Source of the DNA: Clostridia bacterium
GTDB lineage: Bacteria; Bacillota; Clostridia; Christensenellales; CAG-138
Length of the DNA: 64,000 nucleotides
Assembly: GCA_017509785.1 (NCBI GenBank)
Contig: JAFWOT010000009.1
Coordinates: forward strand, 6,596-70,595
Direction: 5' to 3'
The position numbers and the translations under genes are program-made. The notes below the pieces were generated by a model. That model was given only the letters and a program-made list of their open reading frames with translations. It was not told the DNA's origin and did not search any database. Shown here in pieces: positions 16,545 through 27,125 of the stretch (the first letter of the stretch is position 1; each line of letters starts with the position of its first letter).

Positions 16545-18900
16545 TCGATCCCTCCGTGGAAATGGGTCCATCCGTGTTTTCGGGAGCCTCCGTCTCCGAA
16601 GGGGCCTCCGTACCCGCGGGCAGAGGCGACTCCGAGGTCTCCGGCGTTTCCATGGGCTCCGGCGACTCCGCCGGCTCCTCGCTCATGAAGGGGAACACGG
16701 CGTCCTCCATGCTTATGAGCTCCCTTGCTATATCGAATTTGAGATACTTGTATTCATCGGCCGTCGGGATCTCCAGCATGACGAGCACCAACAGCTCGTC
16801 CTCCGGCTCGACGCCCACGCGGAACCCGACGAACCACGAGATCTCGCGGCTCTTGTCGGAGCCGATCTCCGCCGTGCCCGTTTTCCCCGCGACGGTCACT
16901 CCGCGCGCCCTCAGGCGCTTGCCGGTGCCGTTGTAATCGCGGCTCATTATGTTCTCCATCATGGGGATGAGCGTGTCGATCGTGTTCGGCTGGAACGCGC
17001 CGGAGATCCACGTCTTCGTCTCGAAGGTCTGAACGGGGGCGTATTCTATCCCCTCCGTGCGGTAGAGCGCCGAGGTAAGTCGCGGCGTCGGTATGTTCCC
17101 CCCGTTGCGGAAGGCGCAGTAGGTCGCCGCAAGCTGTATGGGCGATATGGTCACCTGACCCTGTCCGTAGCCCGTCTCGGCGATGCTTCGCAGGTTCCAG
17201 AGCTCCTCCGTTTCGAACCGGGTCTTGAGGGTGGACTTCGCCACGCTCAGCTCGAACGGGAAGCTCTGCTCCAGCCCGACCTTCCTCAGGTACTGGAAGA
17301 ACGCGTCCTCACCCATCATAAGGGCGAGATTCGCAAAATAGATATTATCGGAATGCAGGAGGCAATTCTCCATATTCATGGGCTCTCGGCGCTTCTTGAT
17401 CTCCGTCCTCTTTATGGGGGGCCAGACCCACGTGCCGTAGCCGGTGGGCGTCCAGTAATCGTCCTTTATCTCGCCGGTAAATACGTAATCCGGCGTGACG
17501 TAGCCCATCTCGAGCCCCGCCGCGGCGGTCAGTATTTTGAACGAGGAGCCGGGCGCGTAGAGGCCGAGCGTCGCGCGGTTCTGCAGGGGGCGGTTCTTCT
17601 GCTTCGATATGGAATCGTAGTAATCCCTGTCGGCGGAGATCGCAAGCTTGTTGAGGTCGTACGAGGGGTAGGAGAGCATCGTCTTCACCTCGCCCGTCTT
17701 CGGGTTCATGCAGATGACCGCGCCGGCGGTGTCGTCGCCCCAGAGGACGAGATCCATGACCTCCTCCGCTCTGCGCTGCATATCGAGGTCGATCGTCAGA
17801 TGCACGTCGGAGCCGTGCTCCACGGGCTTGCGGTAGACGGTGGAAACGTATTCGCCGTTCGCGTCGCGCACGGTGATGTTCAGCCCGTCCCTGCCGCGGA
17901 GCGTCGTCTCATACGCGCGCTCTATGCCGCTCCTGCCGACGATCGAATGCGTCGTGTAGAGGCCGTCGGTCTCCGTCCTGCCCTCGTTGAGGGCGGGGAG
18001 CTCCTCCTCCGAGACGTATCCGACGTACCCGATCGTGTGCGCCAGCGTCTCCCCCAGGGGGTACCAGCGGTCGGTCCCGTAGTTTTCAACGAGCGTGAGG
18101 GCCTCGTTTTTGTCGATCGCCTCTCGCATGTCGGGGGTGAGCTCGCGCTCGTTCACGGTGCAGACGAGGGCGCTTTCGCCCTTCGCGTTCTGGAGAGAGT
18201 TCATAACGTCCATCGGGTCGACGGGCAGTATCTCCGAGACCTCGAGCGCGAAATCATCGTAAGCCTCTATCTCGCTCAGCTTCACCGTGACGGCGTGCAG
18301 CGTGACAGTCTCCGCCAGCAGCTCGCCGGAGGCCAATATGTCGCCCCTGTTCGCGGCGACGGTCGTCACCCGCACCGTCGAGCCCCAGGTCATATCGGGG
18401 AATATGAGCGCGGGCGTCCACTCGACGCGCCATGCTTCGCCGTCGGCGACGACGTTCATTTCATACTCGTTGGTTATATCGCCGTACTTCTCGGTCGAGT
18501 AGGTGGCGTTGTATTTAATGACCCTGCGCTCGTTGTTGACGCTCTTAACGGAGAGCTTGTCAAAGCTGACTCCCGTCACACCGACGCCGTCGAATATGTT
18601 GGTGTACTTTTCGATGAAGGCTTCCTTCGTGACGAATCTGTCGGGCTCGGGCGTGATCGCGGGATCCGCAGTGGGCGAGGCGGTCTCCACGGCGTCCCCC
18701 GCGGGGGCGGGCGGAGTTTTGCTCTTTTCGGAGATCCAGCCGAACGCGGCCTCGAAATCGAGCTTCGATATAGCGGAGGTGAACTTCTCGAAAACGTCTT
18801 CGTCAAGGTATTTTACGCTCCTTCCGGAGCACCCCGCGAGCGTGAACAGCGTCAGCAGAGCCAGAGCCGCCGAAATGATTTTTTTATATACGCGTTTCAT
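16534..18900 (-). CDS. Class B penicillin-binding protein with MecA-type N-terminal domain, lipoprotein-anchored
   Basis: LAG-C lipobox, VEWTPALIFP, RGDI, GRSGIE, SSFK (SxxK), SDN (SxN), KTGTAE. Confidence 0.88.
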   Translation of the reverse strand: MKRVYKKIISAALALLTLFTLAGCSGRSVKYLDEDVFEKFTSAISKLDFEAAFGWISEKSKTPPAPAGDAVETASPTADPAITPEPDRFVTKEAFIEKYTNIFDGVGVTGVSFDKLSVKSVNNERRVIKYNATYSTEKYGDITNEYEMNVVADGEAWRVEWTPALIFPDMTWGSTVRVTTVAANRGDILASGELLAETVTLHAVTVKLSEIEAYDDFALEVSEILPVDPMDVMNSLQNAKGESALVCTVNERELTPDMREAIDKNEALTLVENYGTDRWYPLGETLAHTIGYVGYVSEEELPALNEGRTETDGLYTTHSIVGRSGIERAYETTLRGRDGLNITVRDANGEYVSTVYRKPVEHGSDVHLTIDLDMQRRAEEVMDLVLWGDDTAGAVICMNPKTGEVKTMLSYPSYDLNKLAISADRDYYDSISKQKNRPLQNRATLGLYAPGSSFKILTAAAGLEMGYVTPDYVFTGEIKDDYWTPTGYGTWVWPPIKRTEIKKRREPMNMENCLLHSDNIYFANLALMMGEDAFFQYLRKVGLEQSFPFELSVAKSTLKTRFETEELWNLRSIAETGYGQGQVTISPIQLAATYCAFRNGGNIPTPRLTSALYRTEGIEYAPVQTFETKTWISGAFQPNTIDTLIPMMENIMSRDYNGTGKRLRARGVTVAGKTGTAEIGSDKSREISWFVGFRVGVEPEDELLVLVMLEIPTADEYKYLKFDIARELISMEDAVFPFMSEEPAESPEPMETPETSESPLPAGTEAPSETEAPENTDGPISTEGSNGN

Positions 18901-19064
18901 TGAAAACCTCTTTATGCAAACATATCGGTATTTTATACCAATTATATTATAACATTTTATGGCCCGCGTGTAAAGGATTAATTCCCCCTTTGTACAAAAA
19001 TGTTTGGGCCCCGCAAGGGGAAAAGGCCCGCGCGTTCCCGTCCCGCGCAGGAAAAAAGAGCGCG

Positions 19065-19094
19065 AAAAAGGGCGTGAAGCCCGCTTCACGCCCC
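19065..19094 (-). terminator. Intrinsic terminator after guaB
   Basis: GGGCGTGAAGC...GCTTCACGCCC stem with a T-tract on the minus strand. Confidence 0.7.
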
Positions 19095-19107
19095 GATGGA
19101 TCGGATC

Positions 19108-20619
19108 TTATTTCTTTATTCCGAAGGCCGACTGCTCCTTCAGGACGACGTCGTGCGCCCCTCCCTCAACGATGGAGGTGGGGGAGACGAGGGTGAGCCT
19201 CGCCGTGCGCCTGAGCTCCTCTATCGTAAGAGAGCCGCAGTTGCACATGGTGGAGCGGACCTTCGCGAGAGTCACTGTCACGTTATCGTGGAGCGAGCCC
19301 GCATAGGGGACGTAGGAATCGACGCCCTCCTCAAAGCTGAGCTTGCCCGCGCCGCCCATATCGTAGCGCTGCCAGTTGCGAGCCCTTGCGGAGCCTTCGC
19401 CCCAGTATTCCTTCATGTAAGTGCCGCCGACCATGACCTTGTTGGTGGGGCTCTCGTCAAAGCGGGCGAAGTACCTGCCGAGCATGCAGAAATCCGCGCC
19501 CATCGCAAGCGCGAGGGTTATATGGTAATCCATCACGATGCCGCCGTCCGCGCAGATGGGCACGTAAACGCCGGTCTTTTCGAAATATTCGTCACGCGCC
19601 TTCGCGACTTCCATGACGGCGGTGGCCTGCCCGCGGCCTATGCCCTTCGTCTCACGGGTGATGCAGATGCTTCCCCCGCCGATGCCGACCTTGACGAAAT
19701 CCGCTCCGGCCTCCGCGAGGAAGAGGAAGCCCTCACGGTCGACGACGTTCCCGGCGCCGCACTTGACGGTATCGCCGTATCTTTCGCGGATCCACGCGAG
19801 CGTCTTCGCCTGCCACGCGGTGTACCCCTCGGAGGAGTCTATGCAGAGCACGTCGGCCCCCGCCTCTACGAGGGCGGGAACGCGGGTCTCGTAATCGCGG
19901 GAATTGATGCCCGCGCCGACGACGTAGCGCTTGTTGCCGTCAAGCAGCTCCATCGGGTTCTCCTTGTGGACGTCGTAATCCTTGCGGAATACGAAGGCGA
20001 CCATGTTGCCGTCCTTATCAACTATGGGGAGCGAATTCAGCTTGTGCTCCCAGATAATGTCGTTCGCCTCCTTTAGGGAGACCCCCTCCGGCGCGGTGAC
20101 GAGGCGCTCTATCGGCGTCATAAAGGTGCCGACCTTGGCATCCGGGCTTATGCGAGTGATGCGGTAATCGCGGCTCGTTACAACGCCGAGCAGCTTTCCC
20201 GTGGAGCTTCCGTCATGCGTGACGGCGACGGTCGAATGCCCCGTCTTCTCCTTCAGCGCGACGAGATCCGCGACTGTGTTCTCCGGCGTGACGCAGGAAT
20301 CCGAAACGGAGAACCCGGCCTTGTAGGCCTTGACCCGCTTGACCATCTCCGCCTGGTTTTCAACGCTCTGCGAACCGTAGATGAACGAGACCCCGCCCTC
20401 GCGCGCAAGCGCCACCGCGAGCGTGTCGTTAGAGACCGACTGCATTATCGCGGATACGAGTGGGATGTTCAGCGTGATGGGGGAGCGTTCGCCCTTTTTG
20501 AACTTGACGAGCGGCGTGTTGAGGCTCGTGTTCTGTGGGGTGCATTCCTCGCTCGTGTAATTGGGGATGAGCAGGTATTCTCCGAAGGTGTGGGAAGGTT
20601 CGTCGTAGATGAACGGCAT
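19108..20619 (-). CDS. guaB: IMP dehydrogenase (with CBS domains)
   Basis: [41 protein letters not shown]. Confidence 0.93.
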   Translation of the reverse strand: MPFIYDEPSHTFGEYLLIPNYTSEECTPQNTSLNTPLVKFKKGERSPITLNIPLVSAIMQSVSNDTLAVALAREGGVSFIYGSQSVENQAEMVKRVKAYKAGFSVSDSCVTPENTVADLVALKEKTGHSTVAVTHDGSSTGKLLGVVTSRDYRITRISPDAKVGTFMTPIERLVTAPEGVSLKEANDIIWEHKLNSLPIVDKDGNMVAFVFRKDYDVHKENPMELLDGNKRYVVGAGINSRDYETRVPALVEAGADVLCIDSSEGYTAWQAKTLAWIRERYGDTVKCGAGNVVDREGFLFLAEAGADFVKVGIGGGSICITRETKGIGRGQATAVMEVAKARDEYFEKTGVYVPICADGGIVMDYHITLALAMGADFCMLGRYFARFDESPTNKVMVGGTYMKEYWGEGSARARNWQRYDMGGAGKLSFEEGVDSYVPYAGSLHDNVTVTLAKVRSTMCNCGSLTIEELRRTARLTLVSPTSIVEGGAHDVVLKEQSAFGIKK

Positions 20620-20641
20620 GGTTAACGCTCCTTTCGATTGA

Positions 20642-21382
20642 TCATATCTTACGTCTGACGACTTTGTGCGCGATTACCCCGTCTATATAGTATTGGCGGG
20701 AATACATGACGGGCTCCCCTTCGAAGTCGTAATCGACCTCGTCCATGAAGAGCAGCGGAGTCCCGTCCGGCACTCCGAGGTGCCTCGAGACGGCTCCCGC
20801 CGCAAGGTAGGGGCGGATCTCCGTCACGTCGAGATAGGCGTCCTTCCCGCAGTAATCCGCAAGGAAGGCAAATATGGGCTTTTCAAGCTCGGCGGCGGTG
20901 AAATCCCCGCGCCGAATGAGGCGCTTGGGGATGAAATCCTCGCAGTATATGACGGGCTTCGAGCCGTCCAGCACCACGCGCGAGACGAAGAGCATCTCGC
21001 CCGTGCGCTCCAGACCGAGCTTCTCCGCAGCGTGAGCGGAAAGCACGCTGCCCGCCTTGACCAGCCTCTCGGAAGGCTCCCCTCCCGAACGGCGGACCAT
21101 GTCCATGAATTCGATCTCAAGATCCATCCTGACGGGCACGTTCAGCACGTGGCGGTTGATTATCGTCCCCACGCCCTGGCGGCGGCTTATGAAGCCCTCG
21201 CGCTCCAGCTCCGCGAGCGAATCGCGCAGCTGCGTGCGGCTGATACCGAGATCCACCGCAAGCTGCGATTCCCTCGGCAGCCTGTCAACGCCCGAAAAAG
21301 CGCCGTAACGCATCTCGTGAAGGAGCAGCTCCTGAATGTTGGAAAGCTCCGCCTTATTCGGTTTTTCGGGGTTCCGATCCAA
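20642..21382 (-). CDS. GntR-family (UTRA/HutC-type) transcriptional regulator
   Basis: [23 protein letters not shown]...RRQGVGT wHTH; TTG start after GAGGAGG. Confidence 0.85.
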   Translation of the reverse strand: MDRNPEKPNKAELSNIQELLLHEMRYGAFSGVDRLPRESQLAVDLGISRTQLRDSLAELEREGFISRRQGVGTIINRHVLNVPVRMDLEIEFMDMVRRSGGEPSERLVKAGSVLSAHAAEKLGLERTGEMLFVSRVVLDGSKPVIYCEDFIPKRLIRRGDFTAAELEKPIFAFLADYCGKDAYLDVTEIRPYLAAGAVSRHLGVPDGTPLLFMDEVDYDFEGEPVMYSRQYYIDGVIAHKVVRRKI

Positions 21383-21583
21383 GGGCTCCTCCTCGCCGCG
21401 GCGCGCCTCCCGGCGCCCCGTGCCGCAAATGGCTATACTCCTCAAAGGTAGTACCTTTCACAAAATCATACCATCAAAGCCCCGGGTTGTAAAGGGGAAA
21501 AGGAGCATATATTTTCGCCCGTCGGGGAGAAAACGAAAAGCGCGGCCGCGGCCGCGCCCGCACCTTTCGTTTCTCATTTGCGA

Positions 21584-21612
21584 TTGACACCCGTCCCGAT
21601 CGGGCATATAAT
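21584..21612 (+). promoter_or_regulatory. SigmaA promoter
   Basis: TTGACA-N17-TATAAT. Confidence 0.8.
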
Positions 21613-21641
21613 AAGGTGAGTTTTTTTACGGAGGTCTCTTG

Positions 21642-22949
21642 ATGAAAACTATCGTAAGGACGGCGGCGCTCGTACTCTGCGCCGTGCTGTTCGCGGCGGC
21701 GCTTCCCGCGCTTGCCCTCGGCACATTCGATTACAACGCGCACGACGCTGCCAAGCTCCGCGCTTTTTTCGCGCAGCAGGGCAATTCCCCCTACACGAAC
21801 GGGCAGGCCGTCAACGGCAGCTCCTATGATATAGACGATCCCTCCACGTGGTCCTCCTGTACGTGGACCTCCGCCGGAAGGCTGCAGACCATCACTTTCG
21901 AGAACCGCGGCTGGCAGGTCGTGGGAGATCTCGATCTTTCCGGATGCACGGGGCTGACGACGCTCACCGGCACCGATTGCTATCTCGAATCGGCGGATGT
22001 TTCGGGCTGTACGGCGCTGACCCTCGCCAACCTCACCGGCAACAGGATCACCTCTCTCAACGTCGAAAACACGCCGAATCTCGACCTCCTCTGGTTCAAG
22101 CAGAACGAGCTCGCCTCCTTTGACGTGACCGGCTGCTCAAAGCTCCGCAGCCTCGACTGCTCCTACAATCAGCTCACCTCGGTCGATATCTCCCATAACC
22201 CGATGCTGCAGGTATTCCGCTGCACCAACAATCAACTCACGGAGATCGACCTTTCCCATTGCCCTGCCCTGACGGAGGTCAATCTGAAGACCAATTTCCT
22301 GACGGAGCTCGATATCTCGATGCTGACCGGCCTCACCAAATTCGCCTGCTTCAACAACCGCCTCTCCTCACTGGACGTTTCCGTATTGAACGGCGGCCAA
22401 AGCTATATCGTCGACGCCGTCGGCAACGGATGGATTGGCATGCGCTTCTACGATCTCGGCACGAGCGTCCGCTTCACCACCTCCAGCAACCCAGCGGAGG
22501 GCGAGAGCCTCATCGGCTGGTATTCCGGCACGACCGCCGTCACCACCGAAGCCAACTGCCCCGTCACTTTCGGCGAGGGCGCGGAGCACCTGACCGCGCA
22601 TTTCACCGCGCCGGATCCCACTCCGACGCCTACGCCTACGCCGACTCCGACTCCGACTCCGACTCCCACTCCTACGCCGACTCCGACGCCGACGCCGACT
22701 CCGACTCCCACGCCGACGCCGACTCCAACGCCGACTCCGACTCCGACTGCCACACCCTCATACCTGCTCGGCGACGTCGACCACGGCGGCACGGTCAACA
22801 CGATAGACGCGCTGCTCATGCTGCGCTATTCCATGACTCTGATCGGCGGGAACGACCTGTACCTTGACGTCGCGGACGTCAATTTCGACGGCGCGTACAA
22901 TACCCTGGACGCTCTCGTTATACTGCGCTCGTACATGGGCCTTTTATGA
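21642..22949 (+). CDS. Secreted leucine-rich-repeat protein with Pro-Thr linker and C-terminal dockerin
   Basis: Signal peptide, LxxLxCxxNxLTxxD repeats, (PT)n, [15 protein letters not shown]...[15 protein letters not shown]. Confidence 0.85.
   Translation: MKTIVRTAALVLCAVLFAAALPALALGTFDYNAHDAAKLRAFFAQQGNSPYTNGQAVNGSSYDIDDPSTWSSCTWTSAGRLQTITFENRGWQVVGDLDLSGCTGLTTLTGTDCYLESADVSGCTALTLANLTGNRITSLNVENTPNLDLLWFKQNELASFDVTGCSKLRSLDCSYNQLTSVDISHNPMLQVFRCTNNQLTEIDLSHCPALTEVNLKTNFLTELDISMLTGLTKFACFNNRLSSLDVSVLNGGQSYIVDAVGNGWIGMRFYDLGTSVRFTTSSNPAEGESLIGWYSGTTAVTTEANCPVTFGEGAEHLTAHFTAPDPTPTPTPTPTPTPTPTPTPTPTPTPTPTPTPTPTPTPTPTPTPTATPSYLLGDVDHGGTVNTIDALLMLRYSMTLIGGNDLYLDVADVNFDGAYNTLDALVILRSYMGLL
22618..22757 (+). 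repeat. Degenerate hexamer repeat (CCN ACN) encoding the Pro-Thr linker
   Basis: About 22 tandem CCN-ACN units. Confidence 0.9.
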
Positions 22950-24277
22950 GACAGCTTCCCGAAAAATTCACCGCGAGGATGCGGCGTGAGCTCGGCGATG
23001 AGTTCCCCGCTTTCCTCGCCTCGTACGAGGAGCCCCCGAAGAGGGGGCTTCGCGTAAACACGCTGAAAAACGAGCCGGAGGAATTCCTGCGGGTCAGCCC
23101 CTGGGCGCTTGAGCCGACGGGTCTGCTCGAAGAGGGCTTCGTCGTGAAGGGAGGCGAGGGCTTCGGCCGCCACCCGTATCACGCGGCGGGCCTCTTCTAT
23201 ATGCAGGAGCCGAGCGCCATGAGCGCGGTCGCCGCCGCTCCCGTTGACGAAAGCGGCCTCAGGGTGCTCGATCTGTGCGCCGCTCCCGGCGGCAAGACCG
23301 GCGGGGTCGCGGCCCGGATGCGAGGCGAAGGCATGCTTATCGCCAACGAGATAGTCCCCAAGAGGGCGCGCCTCTTAGCGCAGAATGTCGAGCGCCTCGG
23401 CATAACGAACGCCGCCGTCATCTGCGAGCGGCCGGACTCCATAGCAAGAGCGCTTCCGGAGTTCTTCGATATCGTAATGGTGGACGCCCCCTGCTCCGGC
23501 GAGGGGATGTTCCGCAAGGATGAGACGGCGGTCATGGAATGGTCGCCCGAGCACGTCGCCGCCTGCGCAGAGAGGCAGAAGCTCATACTGCAAAGCGCCG
23601 CCGAATGCGTCCGCCCCGGAGGCTGCATAGTGTATTCGACCTGCACCTTCTCGCGTGAAGAGAACGAGGGAGTGATAGAGGATCTCCTTGTCGGGCATGA
23701 AGACTTTTCCGCGGAGCATATGGAACGGCTCTATCCACACACCTCCTGCGGGGAGGGGCATTTCGTCTGCCGGCTGAGAAGGAGCGGTCATCCCGGCGGG
23801 AGAGAACGATACAAAAAGTTCCCCGCCCGGTGCGACGCCGCTTCGTTCAAGCTGTTCTCGGAATTCCTCGGCTCGACGTTTGAAAACGATCTTATCGAAC
23901 CCCACAGCGGGCGCTTCCATGAGCGCGGCGGCGTTTTGAGGCTGATCCCGACCGGCCTGCCCGAAGCGGTGCTCGGCCTGCACCCCGTTGCATGCGGCGT
24001 GGAGCTCGGCGAGCTGAAAAAGGGGCGGTTCGAGCCCGCGCACACTTTCTGCATGGCGGCGCTCGGGCAAAAGTTCCGGCACATGCTCGAATATGAACCC
24101 GGCGACAGGCGGCTTGCCGCTTTCCTCGCGGGCAACACGATCCCATGTCCCGAGGATTGGCGCGGCTGGTGCACCGTCTGCGTCAAGGCGGGGGAGCGCT
24201 CGTATCCCGTCGGCCTCGGCAAGGCGGTGGACGGCGTAATGAAGAACCATATACCCAAGGGGCTCTATATCAACTGA
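22946..24277 (+). CDS. RsmB/NOP family rRNA m5C methyltransferase (RsmF-like)
   Basis: [37 protein letters not shown]. Confidence 0.9.
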   Translation: MRQLPEKFTARMRRELGDEFPAFLASYEEPPKRGLRVNTLKNEPEEFLRVSPWALEPTGLLEEGFVVKGGEGFGRHPYHAAGLFYMQEPSAMSAVAAAPVDESGLRVLDLCAAPGGKTGGVAARMRGEGMLIANEIVPKRARLLAQNVERLGITNAAVICERPDSIARALPEFFDIVMVDAPCSGEGMFRKDETAVMEWSPEHVAACAERQKLILQSAAECVRPGGCIVYSTCTFSREENEGVIEDLLVGHEDFSAEHMERLYPHTSCGEGHFVCRLRRSGHPGGRERYKKFPARCDAASFKLFSEFLGSTFENDLIEPHSGRFHERGGVLRLIPTGLPEAVLGLHPVACGVELGELKKGRFEPAHTFCMAALGQKFRHMLEYEPGDRRLAAFLAGNTIPCPEDWRGWCTVCVKAGERSYPVGLGKAVDGVMKNHIPKGLYIN

Positions 24278-24278
24278 A

Positions 24279-25079
24279 ATGAAATCATCCCGCGATCTTA
24301 TAGCCGAATACTCTCTTACCCCGAACAAAGCGCTCGGGCAGAACTTTTTGACCGACGCTTCGGCCATCGAGCGTATCGTCTCCGCCGCCGCGGAGCCGGG
24401 TCTCTCCGTATTGGAGATAGGCCCCGGCCTCGGCGCGCTGACGTTCCCGCTCGCGGAAGCCGTAAAAAAGCTCGTCTGCGTCGAACTCGATTCCGCGCTC
24501 TGCGGGATACTCGAAAGGGAGCTCCCCGTAAACGCCTCCGTGATAAACGCGGATTTTCTGAAGACGGATATCGGTAAAATCTCGGAAGAGCTCGGCGGCG
24601 GGGAGATAGTCGCCGTCGGGAACCTGCCCTATTATATAACGAGCGATATCGCAATGAAGCTCGCGAGCTCGCCTGTCGGGATACGCCGCATGGTCCTCAT
24701 GATGCAGCGTGAGGCGGCCGCCCGCTTTACCGCGCAGCCGGGGGACAGGAACTACGTCCCGCTCACGGTGCTGTCAAGGCTGAGGTTCCGCGTGAGCGTG
24801 CTCGCGGAGCTCTCGCCCGCATCATACTTCCCTCAGCCGGAGGTATCGTCAACGGTGCTGGTGTTCGATGCTTTGGGCTCGAAGCTCCCCGCGGATCTGC
24901 CGCGCTTCCTCAAGGCCGCATTCTCGATGCGGCGCAAGACGCTCATCAACAATCTCGCCGCGCTCGGATACGGGAAGGAGGAAACGGCGGCGAAGCTGAA
25001 GAGCCTCGGGTTCGATCCCTCCGTCCGCGCGGAGGCTCTCTCCCCGGAGGAGCTGCTGAGCCTTGCCGAAGCCCTGTAA
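24279..25079 (+). CDS. rsmA: 16S rRNA adenine dimethyltransferase
   Basis: LGQNFL, LEIGPGLGALT, GNLPYYIT, RRKTLINNL. Confidence 0.92.
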   Translation: MKSSRDLIAEYSLTPNKALGQNFLTDASAIERIVSAAAEPGLSVLEIGPGLGALTFPLAEAVKKLVCVELDSALCGILERELPVNASVINADFLKTDIGKISEELGGGEIVAVGNLPYYITSDIAMKLASSPVGIRRMVLMMQREAAARFTAQPGDRNYVPLTVLSRLRFRVSVLAELSPASYFPQPEVSSTVLVFDALGSKLPADLPRFLKAAFSMRRKTLINNLAALGYGKEETAAKLKSLGFDPSVRAEALSPEELLSLAEAL

Positions 25080-25088
25080 CGCGAACCG

Positions 25089-25119
25089 AAAAACGCCCCG
25101 ACCGAATGGCCGGGGCGTT
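25089..25119. terminator. Terminator hairpin between convergent rsmA and rpsR
   Basis: AACGCCCCG...CGGGGCGTT with an adjacent A-tract. Confidence 0.65.
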
Positions 25120-25145
25120 GTCAACATCATATTCGGGTGAGTGCT

Positions 25146-25388
25146 TTATTCCGCGACGTAGGGCAGAAGAGCTGCCTGGCGGGCGGTCTTGATGGCCTTT
25201 GCAAGCGTCCTCTGATGCTGTGCGCAGACGCCGCTCATACGGCGGGGCATGATCTTGCCGCGCTCGGTGATGAACTTGCGGAGACGTGCGGTATCCTTAT
25301 AATCGATATGATCGACGTGATCCACACAGAACTGGCAAACCTTGCGCCTGGACTTCTTGGGGCGGGGCCTCATTTTGCGTTCTTCCAT
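25146..25388 (-). CDS. rpsR: 30S ribosomal protein S18 (Zn-binding type)
   Basis: [30 protein letters not shown]. Confidence 0.96.
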   Translation of the reverse strand: MEERKMRPRPKKSRRKVCQFCVDHVDHIDYKDTARLRKFITERGKIMPRRMSGVCAQHQRTLAKAIKTARQAALLPYVAE

Positions 25389-25409
25389 GAGATTACTCCT
25401 TTCTCTATA

Positions 25410-25904
25410 TCAGAATGGCAGATCGGAATCGGTTATCTCGGTGAAACCGCCCGCGATGTCGCCGAAGGCGGTGCCGTTCATGTTGTCGGGATGCTGAGCG
25501 GCGGGCTCGTTGTTCCAGCCGGAGTTCTGATGCTTCTCGGTGTAGCCGCCGGAGCTCTGACGGTTCCCCTCCTGGGGATAGCCGGAGCCTTCCATGCGGG
25601 GGCTCAGGAACTCGACCTCGTCAGCCGTTACCTCGAGAGAGGCGCGGAGTGTGCCGTCCTTGCCCTCGTAAGCGCGGGCTGTTACCTCGCCGATGACGCA
25701 TACCTTGCGGCCCTTGGAAAGATAGCGGCTGCAGGTCTCGCCAAGCTGCCTCCACGCCGCAACGCGGAAGAAATCGGTCTGGCGATCCTCCTTATTGCCC
25801 CTGCGGTTCACCGCGACGGTGAAGGTGCAGACGCTGACGCCGGAGGGTATCGTGCGAAGCTCGGGATCCGCTGTGAGATTTCCGATTATTGTAAGCTTAT
25901 TCAT
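25410..25904 (-). CDS. ssb: Single-stranded DNA-binding protein
   Basis: MNKLTIIGNLTADPELR, C-terminal DLPF. Confidence 0.96.
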   Translation of the reverse strand: MNKLTIIGNLTADPELRTIPSGVSVCTFTVAVNRRGNKEDRQTDFFRVAAWRQLGETCSRYLSKGRKVCVIGEVTARAYEGKDGTLRASLEVTADEVEFLSPRMEGSGYPQEGNRQSSGGYTEKHQNSGWNNEPAAQHPDNMNGTAFGDIAGGFTEITDSDLPF

Positions 25905-25941
25905 TACGGTTCCTTTCTAAAAGACGGGTGAGGAAGGGCGT

Positions 25942-26229
25942 TTACGCCTCCCTGCGCTCAACGACATAACGCATGATTCGCTCGTCATTCTTAAGGTTAC
26001 GCTGCAGCTCGGCGGGGACGGAACCCTCGCTCTCGAAGAGCACAAGCACGTAGTAACCCTCGGTCTTGTAGTTGATGGGGTACGCAAGACGACGCTTGCC
26101 CCACTCATCGACCTTTTCGATCTCACCGCCGTTGTCGGTGATGACCTTCGAGAACTTCTCGATGACGGACTTGATCTCCTCATCGGTCAGCTCTGCGTTG
26201 ATGACGTACAGATTCTCATACTTATTCAC
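25942..26229 (-). CDS. rpsF: 30S ribosomal protein S6
   Basis: NKYE, WGKRRLAYPI, EGYY; GTG start 6 nt after GGAGGTG. Confidence 0.96.
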   Translation of the reverse strand: MNKYENLYVINAELTDEEIKSVIEKFSKVITDNGGEIEKVDEWGKRRLAYPINYKTEGYYVLVLFESEGSVPAELQRNLKNDERIMRYVVERREA

Positions 26230-26290
26230 TGTTTTCACCTCCTTGTGGACTGATGACCCCCTTCAAAGAGGGGGTAAGTATGGTGTTGAC
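26230..26290 (-). ncRNA. Probable S6:S18 autoregulatory leader
   Basis: CTTACCCC...GGGGT hairpin followed by a CCA-containing segment and AAGGAGG, directly upstream of rpsF. Confidence 0.5.
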
Positions 26291-26295
26291 AGTGC

Positions 26296-26324
26296 ATTAT
26301 AACACAGCTTTTTGCGGGAAACAA
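26296..26324 (-). promoter_or_regulatory. SigmaA promoter of rpsF-ssb-rpsR
   Basis: TTGTTT-N17-TATAAT with extended -10 TG. Confidence 0.7.
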
Positions 26325-26361
26325 GGGGCAAAATGCCCGTATTTACAGTATATTTTGAAGA

Positions 26362-26412
26362 AGTGAATTCCCAAAGTAACTTCCACAGTGGAAGTTACTT
26401 TGGGAATTCACT
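26362..26412. repeat. 51-bp palindrome (25-bp perfect arms, 1-nt centre)
   Basis: AGTGAATTCCCAAAGTAACTTCCAC-A-GTGGAAGTTACTTTGGGAATTCACT. Confidence 0.95.
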
Positions 26413-26505
26413 CGGCGGTCATGCTTGACGGCCGGCTGATAGGGCCCCGTTTGCTTTTTTTCTTCGGCGTGGTATAATCAACAAAAACCAACGGAGGCTT
26501 TTTGA

Positions 26506-27066
26506 ATGTCCGAGATATGCATTATTCCGAAGGGATCCTTTAAGACGACCTCGTGGTCCGGCGGGACGACGACGGAGCTTTTGATACTGCCCGAGGGCGC
26601 CTCCTATGCCGAACGCAGGTTTGAGGCCCGCATCAGCACGGCAAGCGTCGATATCGACGAATCGGTATTCACGCCCCTTCCCGGCGTTACGCGGTTCCTC
26701 ACGCCGCTCTGCGCGGGGTTCGATCTTACCGTTAACGGCGAAAGCGTTTCGCTCCCGTTTGGTGAGGTGCTGGAATTTTCCGGCGACGACGCGGTCGCCT
26801 GCCGCGGCCGCGGGCGCGATCTCAACCTCATGCTGAAGGGCGTCGGCGGCAGTATGGAGATCGTCTCCGGCGCGTTTACCGTGGGGGAGGGGCTCCGCGC
26901 CTTCGTGTACGCCCCTTCGCAGACCGTCGTTTCCTTCTGCAGGGAGGGGCTCTCCTGCTCGAGCGCCCTCATGATGGCGGGTGATTTTGCCGAGCTCTCC
27001 GCGGGAGACCTGTCCGCTTCCGGACCGCTCGTGCTCTTTTTGATAGAAACCGCCGCGGGGTGTTGA
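26506..27066 (+). CDS. HutD-like (cupin) protein
   Basis: WSGGTTTEL, RISTASV, FTPLPGVTR, DLNLM. Confidence 0.75.
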   Translation: MSEICIIPKGSFKTTSWSGGTTTELLILPEGASYAERRFEARISTASVDIDESVFTPLPGVTRFLTPLCAGFDLTVNGESVSLPFGEVLEFSGDDAVACRGRGRDLNLMLKGVGGSMEIVSGAFTVGEGLRAFVYAPSQTVVSFCREGLSCSSALMMAGDFAELSAGDLSASGPLVLFLIETAAGC

Positions 27067-27091
27067 CAAACGCCGAAGAAAAGTATATAAT
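27063..27091 (+). promoter_or_regulatory. SigmaA promoter
   Basis: TTGACA-N17-TATAAT. Confidence 0.8.
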
Positions 27092-27125
27092 AAGGCATCG
27101 GATAGTAAAAAGGGAGGCGTATACC

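Noticed and set aside
22618-22757. Hexamer array as a non-coding repeat or CRISPR
   Set aside because: It is in frame, varies at third codon positions and encodes an ordinary Pro-Thr linker
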